IMG/VR virus record: IMGVR_UViG_3300030330_006619 | Location: 96,001-160,000 of that record | Strand: one strand, 5' to 3' | DNA length: 64,000 nt | DNA from: a virus | Taxonomy: Duplodnaviria; Caudoviricetes | The notes under the pieces: generated by a model | Seen by the model: the letters and a program-made list of their open reading frames with translations, nothing else | Told to the model about the DNA's origin: nothing | Database searches by the model: none | In this document: positions 39,002 through 49,272 of the stretch, piece by piece | Numbering within the stretch: position 1 is the stretch's first letter | How the letters are laid out: each line of letters begins with the position of its first letter | Position numbers and translations under genes: made by a program

Positions 39002-42000
39002 ATGGCATCCAGAAAATTTAGGTTTGTTTCCCCAGGAGTTTTTCTTAAAGAAGTTGATAACTCACAGCTACCAGCAGTAGCTCAGCAAGACGGTCCAATC
39101 ATTATTGGTCGCACACGCAAAGGCCCAGCACTTAGGCCATATCAGGTTCAATCGCCTGAAGAATTAGAAAGGGTTTTTGGTAAACCAATGCCCGGGAACC
39201 AAGGTGAAGATCCTTGGCGAGATGGTACCCACTTATTAGCAGAGGCTTATGCTACTTTTGCAGCAAAGGCCCACTTAGCTTCTGAAACAGGAAGTCCTGT
39301 AACTATAGTCCGGCTAGCTGGCGTCGCCGGCGATGATGCAAGAGCTATAGATGCTGCAGAGCCAGGCTGGAAAGCCAAGAATGCTTGGGGACTGTTTTTG
39401 GCAGATGACTCCAAGAGCAAATCAGAAAGTTTCTTAGCTGCTATATTCTATGGTGCAGATGCGGATTTTGTAGTAAAGGCGAAAGGAGCTGACGCTTCAG
39501 GCGCAACAGCGACAGTAACTGGCAGCTTTGTTAAATTCTCCGAAACTGATGAGTTGACCCTTGTGCTCCAGAAAGCTGCAGCTTCAAAAGATGTTAAGTT
39601 CTCATTTCCGGGTATAAGAAAAGAATTTAGCACTAACCCTGTTGCAACAAACACTGAAATCTCAACAATCACATCTGGGACCTTGTCAGAGCTTTACTGG
39701 CTTGGCGAAACGTTCGATGAGGCTTACAAAGAATTTGCTGCCAACTTGAACTCTTCTGGAAATAAGGTAGCGATGACCCTTAAATTAGGATCTCTTATGG
39801 GTGATTTTAAGAGTGCCACAACTCACCAAGTCAAGCCATCAAGAAGTGGGTGGGTCTTTGGGCAAGATACTTCGAAAGAAGGAGATAAATACAGTCCAGA
39901 TAAACAAGAAAAGCTTTTCAGGTTTATATCTATACCTGAAGGTTCAGAATCGAACAAACTGATGATCGGAATTGAGGATATAAAGCCTGCGCGCGAAGGC
40001 GCTGTCAATAAATATGGCACATTTAGTGTTGTTGTTAAGCAGGTGGGATACACCGGCGTTCAAGAAATAGAGAGATTTGATGATTGTAACTTGAATCCCG
40101 ATTCCTCTAACTTTATTGCTAAGATGATAGGTGATCAGTATCTAGAGTGGGACCCTTCAGAGAAGAGAAACAAGTTGTATGGCTCTAATCCGAATATTTC
40201 AGAGTTCATTCGTGTTGAAATGCAGGAAAATGTGGCTAACTCTGGCCCGCGAGACCCATCGCACATTCCATTTGGATTTTATGGGCCAATTGTGCCCAAA
40301 GCCATTACCGCCACCGCGGCCGGGCAGAATGCTACAGCGAAGATTACTGTAAATGCCTCGGACAGCTTTCCTTTTATGGATGGTGGATCCAATATAGTCT
40401 TAACTGACGGGGAAGGCACCACAATGACCATGGCGCTAAATAATGCAGTCGCCGTATCAGCTAATGGTGTAATCGCCGGTGACGGCGCCGGCACACCAGC
40501 TGCATTTGCTCGCCGCGTTGCTGAGGCAATTAACGCGACACCAGGTAAGATCACAGCTTCACCTGTTGATGGCTCATCGAATATTATTACTCTTACGCAA
40601 GACATCGGAGGTGCTGAAGGGAACACAAACATAACCACAACTAACACGGATCCAACTTTAAGTGTTGACTCCAAGTTTGCTGGGGGTGTAGACGGTCCAG
40701 CAAACTCTGCATCACGCTGGGTCGGCCAAAGATTCAACCCTACAGGTTCATACACAGCCACGACGCCACCGACGGATCCTGCATTTAGCCTAAAATGGCC
40801 TAGACCACCACTTATTACTAAAACTACAGTTGATAAGGATTTTCGTTTTGGAGCTACAGCATACGCTCTTTCTTATCAGTCTGGAAGCATTGCATCTGTA
40901 TCAGATCAAATGTCCCCAGGATATTGCGATACAGTTAGAAGACTCTCAACACAAACGAATTTGGTAGGAGCACAAGAATCTGGAATAGCTAATGACACAG
41001 ACACAGAATATTCATACAAATTTAGTTTAGACGAGGTGGTGCTCATACCAGTAGGCCCATCACCGACTGGTTCCATTACTAGTAGGTCAGATGTAAGAGC
41101 AGCATATTGGCTGTCGGGCTCAAGGCCATTCGCGTTAAAGTCGCTGATGGCTGGAAACACAGATACGCCTGACGTCTCGGGCTCTAATGATAATTCTATG
41201 ACAGGCTCTGCATACCGTTCTTTTACTCGACTTGTAGATATGTCCGCGTCGGTATCACTTAGAACCTTGACTGATATCGTCGGCGGCTTTGATATGCCAA
41301 TGGTCGGAGGCTTTGATGGTGTTGATATTGTTGAAGCAAACCCCTTCAACAACAGGGTTCTAAGAGATGGAACCACAGCATCGAATTATGCATTCGCATC
41401 TGTCGACCGCGCCCTGGAACTAATCAGAGACCCTGAATATGTTGAGCACAACTTGGCAATCATGCCGGGAATCACAAACGAGTCGTTAACAACTAAGTTA
41501 GTAGACACATGTGAATCTAGAGCGGATAGCTTAGCAATAATAGATTTGCCAAATATTTATGTACCGCCTTCTGAGGACAAGTGTACATCCTTCAAAGATA
41601 GAGTGGATGGTACAACACCAGAAAGAACGGCTGCTGCACTAGTGAAGAGACAAATAAACTCTTCTTATGGTGCTACTTATTATCCTTGGGTCAAAATAAA
41701 GGATGTTGATTCCAACAGGGATGTATGGGTACCGCCGTCCGTCGTAGCACTCGGTGTAATGGCATACACTGAAAAGCAGAAGCAGGTTTGGTTTGCCCCC
41801 GCCGGTTTCAACCGCGGTGGGTTAGATCAGGGTACTTCAGGGTTACCAGTTTTGCAGGTATCAGAGCAACTTTTATCAAAAGATAGAGATACTCTATATC
41901 AGGCAAATATTAACCCAATAGCATCTTTTGTGTCAGAGGGTATAGTGATATTTGGGCAGAAGACTCTACAACAGACTCAGTCTGCTCTTGACAGAATCAA

Positions 42001-42307
42001 TGTTAGAAGATTGCTGATTTTTATTAAGAAAATAGTAGCTAGAATATCAAACAATCTGCTATTTGAGCAGAATGTTAGAGCTACATGGTTAAGATTTTTA
42101 AATCAAGTTGAGCCAAAGCTTGATGCGATCAAGTCACAATTTGGATTAACAGATTACAAGGTTGTATTAGATAAGAGCACAACGACACCAGACCTTGTGG
42201 ACAGAAACATACTGTATGCTAAGATCTTTTTGAAGCCAGCTAGATCAATAGAATTCATTGCAGTTGATTTTGTTATTACAAGAACCGGCGCTTCTTTTGA
42301 TGATTAA
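39002..42307 (+). CDS. Tail sheath protein (gp18-like)
   Basis: FVSPGVFLKEVD, YYPWV, PPS, WFAPAGFNRG, INPI, FGQKT, DRINVRRL and KPARSIEFI motifs; start 39002 behind AAGGAG. Confidence 0.95.
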   Translation: MASRKFRFVSPGVFLKEVDNSQLPAVAQQDGPIIIGRTRKGPALRPYQVQSPEELERVFGKPMPGNQGEDPWRDGTHLLAEAYATFAAKAHLASETGSPVTIVRLAGVAGDDARAIDAAEPGWKAKNAWGLFLADDSKSKSESFLAAIFYGADADFVVKAKGADASGATATVTGSFVKFSETDELTLVLQKAAASKDVKFSFPGIRKEFSTNPVATNTEISTITSGTLSELYWLGETFDEAYKEFAANLNSSGNKVAMTLKLGSLMGDFKSATTHQVKPSRSGWVFGQDTSKEGDKYSPDKQEKLFRFISIPEGSESNKLMIGIEDIKPAREGAVNKYGTFSVVVKQVGYTGVQEIERFDDCNLNPDSSNFIAKMIGDQYLEWDPSEKRNKLYGSNPNISEFIRVEMQENVANSGPRDPSHIPFGFYGPIVPKAITATAAGQNATAKITVNASDSFPFMDGGSNIVLTDGEGTTMTMALNNAVAVSANGVIAGDGAGTPAAFARRVAEAINATPGKITASPVDGSSNIITLTQDIGGAEGNTNITTTNTDPTLSVDSKFAGGVDGPANSASRWVGQRFNPTGSYTATTPPTDPAFSLKWPRPPLITKTTVDKDFRFGATAYALSYQSGSIASVSDQMSPGYCDTVRRLSTQTNLVGAQESGIANDTDTEYSYKFSLDEVVLIPVGPSPTGSITSRSDVRAAYWLSGSRPFALKSLMAGNTDTPDVSGSNDNSMTGSAYRSFTRLVDMSASVSLRTLTDIVGGFDMPMVGGFDGVDIVEANPFNNRVLRDGTTASNYAFASVDRALELIRDPEYVEHNLAIMPGITNESLTTKLVDTCESRADSLAIIDLPNIYVPPSEDKCTSFKDRVDGTTPERTAAALVKRQINSSYGATYYPWVKIKDVDSNRDVWVPPSVVALGVMAYTEKQKQVWFAPAGFNRGGLDQGTSGLPVLQVSEQLLSKDRDTLYQANINPIASFVSEGIVIFGQKTLQQTQSALDRINVRRLLIFIKKIVARISNNLLFEQNVRATWLRFLNQVEPKLDAIKSQFGLTDYKVVLDKSTTTPDLVDRNILYAKIFLKPARSIEFIAVDFVITRTGASFDD

Positions 42308-42319
42308 TTAGCCCGGACA

Positions 42320-42328
42320 ACTATATAG
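42320..42328 (+). promoter_or_regulatory. Possible late promoter variant ACTATATAG
   Basis: One-mismatch motif upstream of the tail tube gene. Confidence 0.4.
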
Positions 42329-42347
42329 TATTAGGAGATTAAAAACT

Positions 42348-42923
42348 ATGGTAGATAAATTTTGGGATCAACAAGATCTTCATCCAAAGAGAAAGTTTAG
42401 ATGGTTGTTATACTTTGATGGTATGCCGCAATTTGTGGCGAAATCCGTTACTAAGCCGGGCTTTTCAATAGGCACAACACCACACCAGTTTTTGCAGCAT
42501 ACTTTTAATTTCCCTGGTAGAGTGACTTGGTCTGATGTTACTCTCACGATTGTCGACCCAGTCCAGCCAGACTCTGCAGCTAGTCTTTACGCAATTTTAT
42601 TGGATTCTGGCTATGTCAAGCCAGACCAAATACAGTCTTTAGCTGATGGTGAGGGATATGGTACCATCGCAAAGGATAAGATGGTTTCGAGGCTGGGTAA
42701 TAAGGTGAGAATCGAGCAGATAGGGATAGACAGCTCAAATGATGTAATTGAATCATGGACCTTGTTTAACCCTCAGATAACCAATGTTACATTTGATACA
42801 CTAGATTACACTTCAGACGATCTATTGAATATTACAATTGCTTTGAAGTACGACTGGGCAAGCTTAAATGATGCAGCCCCTGTGGGTAGTGATCAAATAT
42901 GGCCCAAAACAGTTATAGATTAA
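42348..42923 (+). CDS. Tail tube protein (gp19-like)
   Basis: PKRKFRW...KP...GRVTW...IESWTL....F..LDY.....I...YDWA, directly after the sheath. Confidence 0.88.
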   Translation: MVDKFWDQQDLHPKRKFRWLLYFDGMPQFVAKSVTKPGFSIGTTPHQFLQHTFNFPGRVTWSDVTLTIVDPVQPDSAASLYAILLDSGYVKPDQIQSLADGEGYGTIAKDKMVSRLGNKVRIEQIGIDSSNDVIESWTLFNPQITNVTFDTLDYTSDDLLNITIALKYDWASLNDAAPVGSDQIWPKTVID

Positions 42924-42962
42924 AAAAAGTATTTAAAAGTTTAGTTTAATAAGAGAGGAATT

Positions 42963-43835
42963 ATGTCGCGCAACGCAAAAAGAGTGCCAAAATCAGAAGA
43001 TCAAGAAGATAAGATCCCAAATAGAGAGAACAAGCAAACACCTGCTACCCCGCCTGCATCGGGAGATAACCCATTTGGATTATCATTTGTAGTTCCAACT
43101 GAATTTGTTGAGCTACCATCAAGAGGAGAGTTTTATCCGACTTCTCATCCAATGCACGGTATCTCTGAATTAGAGATAAAATACATGACCGCAAGAGAGG
43201 AGGATATATTATCCACTCCTCTAAAGGGTGACGAAGAACTATTATTTGACAAACTGGCGAATAGTCTAATAGTTAGGGATGATATAAAAGCTGAAGATCT
43301 CCTTGAGGATGATAAGATGATGATACTCCTCCGAGCCCGAGTTACGGGTTATGGGGAGGAATACAAAACAACCACTAGTTGTTACAATTGTGGCAAAGTG
43401 CACAAAGTAGGCTTTGACCTCACAAATACTACGATTTTAGAACCTAAAAACAGTGTCTATGACCCGAAAACAGACTCATTTGAATTGACTCTACCAGTGA
43501 CGAAAGTTGTTGTAAGGTTGAAAAATGTTACAGATGAGGATGAAAAAACGCTAGCCAAAGAAAAGTCACAAAAGGAAAAATTAAATCTAGATTTTAGCCC
43601 TTCTGAATCATTTTTGAATTTGGTGATCTTAACAGCTAACAAAGTAACAGATAGAAAGTTAATTAGAAGTCTAGTAGAGGTTCTCCCGGCCGGAGATGTA
43701 AAGTCAATTAGGTCATTTTACTCATCATGTCAGCCAAAATTATCTTTAAAGCAGGAAATAACTTGCCCTAACTGTGGAGATGTTAGTGAAAAGGAGGCGC
43801 CCCTTTCGTGGGCCTTTTTTCGCGCTGACGTCTAA
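42963..43835 (+). CDS. Tail/baseplate-hub assembly chaperone (gp26/gp51-like; short form)
   Basis: VELPSRGEFY, KYMTAREEDIL, two CxxC motifs and a C-terminal FF; lies between tube and tape measure. Confidence 0.75.
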   Translation: MSRNAKRVPKSEDQEDKIPNRENKQTPATPPASGDNPFGLSFVVPTEFVELPSRGEFYPTSHPMHGISELEIKYMTAREEDILSTPLKGDEELLFDKLANSLIVRDDIKAEDLLEDDKMMILLRARVTGYGEEYKTTTSCYNCGKVHKVGFDLTNTTILEPKNSVYDPKTDSFELTLPVTKVVVRLKNVTDEDEKTLAKEKSQKEKLNLDFSPSESFLNLVILTANKVTDRKLIRSLVEVLPAGDVKSIRSFYSSCQPKLSLKQEITCPNCGDVSEKEAPLSWAFFRADV

Positions 43836-43986
43836 CTATATAAGAAACGTCACTTATGAAGAGATATTTTATCTAATGAGAGAGTGTAATTTTTCATTTA
43901 CTGAAGCCTACAGCTTGCCTATACGCTTGCGCAGCTGGTTTACTGCTCGTACACATCAATATTTAAACCCCAACGAAGAAGAATAA
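43819..43986 (+). CDS. Chaperone C-terminal extension, probably reached by a +1 frameshift
   Basis: +1-frame ORF FALTSNY...EEIFYLM...FTEAYSLPIRLRSWF with no RBS-led start; it overlaps TTT TTT CGC. Confidence 0.55.
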   Translation, partial: FALTSNYIRNVTYEEIFYLMRECNFSFTEAYSLPIRLRSWFTARTHQYLNPNEEE

Positions 43987-43998
43987 ATTCAACAAAAA

Positions 43999-44007
43999 CC
44001 TATTTAC
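43999..44007 (+). promoter_or_regulatory. Possible late promoter variant CCTATTTAC
   Basis: Intergenic, about 40 nt upstream of 44047. Confidence 0.45.
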
Positions 44008-44046
44008 AATATAAAGTTGCGATAATTTATAGGAGAAACATTTTTC

Positions 44047-45972
44047 ATGTCTGGTACTGGTTCAGATAATAATACACCGGTCGATCAAATGAGCAATGAC
44101 GATCTGAAGACCTTGGTCAAACAGTTACGTGAAGAATTAAGGGTATTTAAAAGAAGGTCCTCAAACAAGCCACTTTCTGAAACACTAGGTGACGAAACCG
44201 GTGGCTTACTGGACATGGCTACCTCCTTAACAAACCAGCTCACCCAAGCGCGTGATGCTCTTATGGATATGTCATCAGAGGGCATGTCTTTCGCCTCAGG
44301 TGGCCCAATGGCCCGCGCCATTGGTGACACAACAAAAGAGACTGACGCGCTTTTGGGCAGCGCGAAAGCCGGCGCCCAAGCATTCAAGAGTCTATCTTCG
44401 ACAGTTTCAGGGTTCGCACAAATGAACAGTGCGACAATAAAAGGAACTAAGAGTTTATCATCAGAGCTTTCAACGCAAGCGGCGGTTTTATCAAAACTGG
44501 GCCTTAGTATGTCTTCATTTTCAAAAAATGTAGACTTGGCAGTCTATTCTTTTGGTTTGGCCGCTGACGGAGTAAAAGGTTTAAATATGGAAATTGTAAA
44601 GCTAGCTAATGAGGTAAATATGCTACCAGAACAGCTTTCTAGAAACTTTCAAATGGTAGCTAAAAATCTTGCTTATGATTTTAGTCAAATAAAGCAACAG
44701 TTTGTTGAAATACAGAAACTATCTTCGCAAACAGGGGTTTCCGTCGACACATTAGTAGGAAAATTTGGGCAGCCGCTTGATACAATTGGTGGTGCATCTG
44801 GTTTCGCGGCACAAATAAACTCACTCCTTGGGTCCAATGCTTTTAGTACAACTGAGCTATTGATGATGGACGAGGCCACAAGAATGAAGACAGTCAGAGA
44901 TAGAATTATGGCTGACCAATCTTTAACTGGCGCACTCGGCGCCGGCGGCGTGACAAGAAAGTTTGCCCTCCAATCTATATCTAGCGCAATTGGTTTGAGC
45001 ATGGATGATACTCGCCGCTTTTTGGAAACTGGTCAAACTGGCTCTGTGAAAGAGCAAACGGCTAACCAACTAGAGAAAGACTTTACAGGCCAGGCCGATG
45101 CTTTCGCCAAAGGGTTAGATGATTCGGACTTAAGTAAAACACTAAGAGATTTCGTAACAGAAATTAGAAGAACACAGCTTTCAGTAACTCAGCAGCAGCT
45201 TATGACAAATAGGGAATCACAACTTCGTGCATTACAGGGCGCTCGCGGTGAGCGAGGCCAAAGATTACGAGCGCTTGCTCAGACCGGCGTTATGAAGGAG
45301 ATGGGGATTAGCAATCTCACTGGAATTGATGAAGCTAGCTTAACAGAGGCAGTTGCATTTTCTGGCGGCCAGGGGGATAATATTAAAAGGCTTGTAAGGA
45401 TGAGACAAATGTTTCAAGGGACGAAAGTTGGAGATCGATTACTCAGCGCCGAGAGAGTGAACGGGATACTTGCTGCCCTCGCCCAAGGCCCAGGTTCCCC
45501 TGATTTTGACAGCGCGATGACCGACATGGAATCAATAATTAATGATACTACCCTCCAAAATGCTCTTGCTGATGCTGAGGTCGGAGCAGGGATTACAACG
45601 GCAATTACTGCAGGCACTGAGGACTTTGGTGTACAGGCATCGATAATCAATGAGATGATAAAAAACTTTGAAAAGGGGGAAGCTTCGACCATCAGTGCTG
45701 GTGCATCAATCCGTGTCCAGCGCAATCGCGTTGATGCCGGCTTAGATGGCCAAGAACCCGGCCCGGCCGACCCCGCCACCGGCACCCCTGCTGCTCGTCG
45801 TAGGACCACTGGTCGATCTCCCACTGGTAACCCGGACATAGATGCAGATACAGGAAGATCTCCCGAATCCAGCTCAGTGATACAGGTATTCTTGACAGAA
45901 GACAAAGAAGTGGTTAGGTTTGTGAACAAGATAGTGGACGGAAAGATAGAGACAGTAGTAACACGCCCATAA
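44047..45972 (+). CDS. Tape measure-like protein
   Basis: Helical Ala/Gly/Leu/Ser-rich 641-aa protein in the tape-measure position. Confidence 0.65.
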   Translation: MSGTGSDNNTPVDQMSNDDLKTLVKQLREELRVFKRRSSNKPLSETLGDETGGLLDMATSLTNQLTQARDALMDMSSEGMSFASGGPMARAIGDTTKETDALLGSAKAGAQAFKSLSSTVSGFAQMNSATIKGTKSLSSELSTQAAVLSKLGLSMSSFSKNVDLAVYSFGLAADGVKGLNMEIVKLANEVNMLPEQLSRNFQMVAKNLAYDFSQIKQQFVEIQKLSSQTGVSVDTLVGKFGQPLDTIGGASGFAAQINSLLGSNAFSTTELLMMDEATRMKTVRDRIMADQSLTGALGAGGVTRKFALQSISSAIGLSMDDTRRFLETGQTGSVKEQTANQLEKDFTGQADAFAKGLDDSDLSKTLRDFVTEIRRTQLSVTQQQLMTNRESQLRALQGARGERGQRLRALAQTGVMKEMGISNLTGIDEASLTEAVAFSGGQGDNIKRLVRMRQMFQGTKVGDRLLSAERVNGILAALAQGPGSPDFDSAMTDMESIINDTTLQNALADAEVGAGITTAITAGTEDFGVQASIINEMIKNFEKGEASTISAGASIRVQRNRVDAGLDGQEPGPADPATGTPAARRRTTGRSPTGNPDIDADTGRSPESSSVIQVFLTEDKEVVRFVNKIVDGKIETVVTRP

Positions 45973-45982
45973 GGAGTTAAAT

Positions 45983-46624
45983 ATGCAACATTTTAAAGAT
46001 TTAGCAACAAAAACTAAACAGGTCATAAAATTTAAAAGTATAATTTCTGGAAATACTGTTCAATTTCCTGCTTTTATAACAAAATTTGATGACAACTATA
46101 CGGTAAGTTGGGGCGGCGGAGCACCCATTTTTGGTCGAACCGACCCTATAAAGAACTACCAGTCAACTTCAAGAAGAATTAGCGTAGCATTCGACATTTT
46201 AGGGGAAAGCTATGAATCCGCTAAAGAAAATTTTGTAAATTTTTCAAATTTAATAAAAATGCTATATCCAGTATACAGCGATAAGATAAAAAAAGACAAT
46301 AATGCCCGCACAATCCGCGGTGCACCCCTAATCAGAATAAAATATGTAAATTACATTCATAACCCAGAACACCCAGAAGGATTATTGGGGTGCGTTGGCG
46401 GATTTAATTTTTCACCTGATTTCAATGCAGGTCATTTTTCAGACGGAGAAAACGGTGACCTCTTGCCTCTAAAATACTCTTTGTCTTTTACATTCGAACC
46501 AATTCACGAGAAGCCGCTTGGAGCTGAAGTTGGCGACCCAGCTACTTTTTTGCAAGAGAGCTTCCCTTATAATCAGCCGGGTGAATTCACAAGGACCACA
46601 CAAAATGCAAGGAGGCTTAGTTGA
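45983..46624 (+). CDS. Baseplate tube-initiator/cap protein (gp48/gp54-like)
   Basis: FPAFITKFDDNY..SW....GRTDPIKNYQSTSRRIS..F...P.IR tube-like fold pattern. Confidence 0.6.
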   Translation: MQHFKDLATKTKQVIKFKSIISGNTVQFPAFITKFDDNYTVSWGGGAPIFGRTDPIKNYQSTSRRISVAFDILGESYESAKENFVNFSNLIKMLYPVYSDKIKKDNNARTIRGAPLIRIKYVNYIHNPEHPEGLLGCVGGFNFSPDFNAGHFSDGENGDLLPLKYSLSFTFEPIHEKPLGAEVGDPATFLQESFPYNQPGEFTRTTQNARRLS

Positions 46625-46626
46625 CA

Positions 46627-46980
46627 ATGACATCATGGACAAGATTAGGCAGAGAGCTGACAAATGATGATGACCTTTACAAGCCATATATGGATAGTAT
46701 TGGCGCTGAACACGTCAATCATTACGGTTTCATAAACTTTGGCGATCCCCTAGAGGAAGATTTTTTGGATGAGCTGCGTATAAAAAAACACATATATTCA
46801 ACAGGGGACAACTTAGCTAAGTTGGCGTATAATAATTATGGAGATCCCAGATATTGGTGGATACTAGCTTGGTTCAATGGAAAGCCTACAGATTTTCACT
46901 GTAAAATAGGGGATATTATTGTTATTCCTTTTCCACTTGAAAATGTTTTAAATCAAGCGTATAATATAGTAGAGGTGTAA
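46627..46980 (+). CDS. LysM-containing baseplate protein (gp53/gpX-like)
   Basis: GDNLAKLAYNNYGDPRYWWILAWFN...GDIIVIP. Confidence 0.8.
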   Translation: MTSWTRLGRELTNDDDLYKPYMDSIGAEHVNHYGFINFGDPLEEDFLDELRIKKHIYSTGDNLAKLAYNNYGDPRYWWILAWFNGKPTDFHCKIGDIIVIPFPLENVLNQAYNIVEV

Positions 46981-46982
46981 AG

Positions 46983-49268
46983 ATGGCAAAGCCTAAAAAA
47001 AAGAAAAAGCCAATTTATTACCCCCAAGCACACTTAATGTACCAGCTTGGGTATGGGTCTATTTCTCAAGGACTTAATACTTCTAATCTTGCTGACGGGG
47101 GAAAAATAAAAAATGGCCCCACTATAGCGAGATTGAAGGGCTCTTATAATCCTGTCGCCGCGGCAAATACCTTAAATAGTACGTCCAAAGAAGGGATTGA
47201 AATGAGTAAATCTTTTTTAAATCTGGATAACCACAAAATACCATTTTTAATTCCAGAGATAAGGTTTTACAAAATAGTAGGAGGAGAAGCTATACCAATA
47301 TATTTGCCTGTTTCAAATGAATACGACTTGGATTCTAACGGAGTGTATAATTTTAAGGATAAAGTTTTCTCTGGTGGTGGAGTTGAGCTAACAGGCTTCA
47401 CTGTAACACTGTCAGGCAAAAACCCGTATGATGTTACAAGAAAATTTTTAAATGCGTCTTTGTCATTAAAGCTAGAAAATGTAGCATCAGTTTTCACAGA
47501 GAGGGAGGGCTTTGCTTCAATTGCCGATCTATTCACAGTGCGCGCCCCTAGCGGCCGACCAATCGCGGGAGCGAAAGCTCCAATAGATGGTAACGCTCTA
47601 AGTAGAGGTAGAAACTGTCACATTGGGGTTACTTTTGGGTACGCAGTCCCGGATTTTCATGAAGAGCAAGTCTTTACGATTGAGGAAGGCCGCGCAATAA
47701 TAAAGCAGCAGGCTGCTTTCAATTTATTTTATTCAGGTCATAATTTAAATTTGTCACCAGATGGCAGCGCTACAATTGAAGTGAGCTACACCGGGTTTAT
47801 GCAATCTTTAACAGATTTTTATTCAGATTTATCTTCAGCAGCGGAAGATAAGGCTGATGTTTCACTGAAGGCTACTTTTGATAAAAAATCAGGAAGTGTA
47901 TCCAAGAATATAAATCCACCGAAAGAAAAAAAGAAGGGAGAAGACGGATCCGATAAGGAACCGAAAGAGAAGAGCTACACAGATATACAATTCTTTTTTC
48001 AAACAATTGTGGGAAGACTCCTCGCGGCTAACAAAATACACAGTATTGAGTTTAAAGATACTGAGAAATATTTTGAAAAATCTGCTGCAGGCGGAAAGCC
48101 GTCGTCGGGCCCCCCACCGACTGCGGCATCAAAATCACCAGCTAGTAATTCTCCACAGGCAATTCAGAAAAACCCAGAACAGCTTTTGGAATCTAGATTG
48201 ACCAATTATTTTACATTCGGAGATTTTTTAGCAGAGTATTTTAAAGTAATGGTTATGCATTTGAAAAATGCTGAGGGTATAATAAATTATAAACATAAGA
48301 AAACTAAAGAAATAAAGAACGAAAAAGCCGCGATAAAAGCAAAACAAGAAATCAAAAGATTTAGGGAAGATTTTAAAAAGCTTACGGTTTTGATGGCGGA
48401 CTGTGAAGTAGTAACAAACACAGCGCCAAATAAAACAAAAACCAAAAAAATTAACATTTCTGATATACCTATTTCAGTTGATAGCTTGTACACCCTGGTT
48501 TTTGACAGCCTCACAACAAAGGGAATAGGCTTTTATGACATGAACCAGTTTCTTACGGGTTTCTGCAGCGATCTTTTGAGTAAATCTTTGTTGACAAATT
48601 CGTCTGGAGGTGGCTTTATAAAAGAGACAGTCTTGACAACAATTTTGGTCACAGGAAGAAAACTCCGTCAAAAAGTTTTCAAAGGAAGCATAAAGGCAGA
48701 TGACATACCAGAGAGAAACGGATCTTTTACATTTAAGAACATATCAACTACTAGTCAATATTTTTTATTTTGCCAACAGCCGACTCAAAAGACAGGAGTT
48801 GTAGGTAAAGGCAACACAGCTGAAGATGCTTATAACGGAATTTTTGAAATCAAGCCAAATAAAGATAAAGGAATGGTTAAATCTGTTTCCTTTTCAAAAA
48901 TAAGTCAACCCGCTAGGGAAGCTTTTTTAGTGGTCACTGCCGGAGACGTTTATGATGAATTGCGTATTCCTCACAATGCAACTGCCAATTTAATTGGAAA
49001 CAACATGTTTCTCCCTGGTAGTATGGTCTTCGTTGATCCCTCTGAGTTAGGTTTCGGTCATCCTAGCGATTCTGAATCAGCAGCGCAAAGATTGGGAATT
49101 GGTGGTTACTACACTGTAGAAGTGGTTAAGCACAGCTATAGCAATGGGGCAATAGAAACAACACTGGATTTGAAATTTAATCATTTCCCAGATGGCCTAG
49201 GCGGCGCAGGCTTAACGAAGAGTCAGTCGCAGTCAATTAAAAAATTTCAAAGTTTAACGGGAGTTTAA
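46983..49268 (+). CDS. Baseplate hub protein (gp27/gpD-like)
   Basis: C-terminal IGN..FLPG...GGYYTVEVVKHSYS...ETTL hub motif, plus synteny. Confidence 0.6.
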   Translation: MAKPKKKKKPIYYPQAHLMYQLGYGSISQGLNTSNLADGGKIKNGPTIARLKGSYNPVAAANTLNSTSKEGIEMSKSFLNLDNHKIPFLIPEIRFYKIVGGEAIPIYLPVSNEYDLDSNGVYNFKDKVFSGGGVELTGFTVTLSGKNPYDVTRKFLNASLSLKLENVASVFTEREGFASIADLFTVRAPSGRPIAGAKAPIDGNALSRGRNCHIGVTFGYAVPDFHEEQVFTIEEGRAIIKQQAAFNLFYSGHNLNLSPDGSATIEVSYTGFMQSLTDFYSDLSSAAEDKADVSLKATFDKKSGSVSKNINPPKEKKKGEDGSDKEPKEKSYTDIQFFFQTIVGRLLAANKIHSIEFKDTEKYFEKSAAGGKPSSGPPPTAASKSPASNSPQAIQKNPEQLLESRLTNYFTFGDFLAEYFKVMVMHLKNAEGIINYKHKKTKEIKNEKAAIKAKQEIKRFREDFKKLTVLMADCEVVTNTAPNKTKTKKINISDIPISVDSLYTLVFDSLTTKGIGFYDMNQFLTGFCSDLLSKSLLTNSSGGGFIKETVLTTILVTGRKLRQKVFKGSIKADDIPERNGSFTFKNISTTSQYFLFCQQPTQKTGVVGKGNTAEDAYNGIFEIKPNKDKGMVKSVSFSKISQPAREAFLVVTAGDVYDELRIPHNATANLIGNNMFLPGSMVFVDPSELGFGHPSDSESAAQRLGIGGYYTVEVVKHSYSNGAIETTLDLKFNHFPDGLGGAGLTKSQSQSIKKFQSLTGV

Positions 49269-49272
49269 AAGA

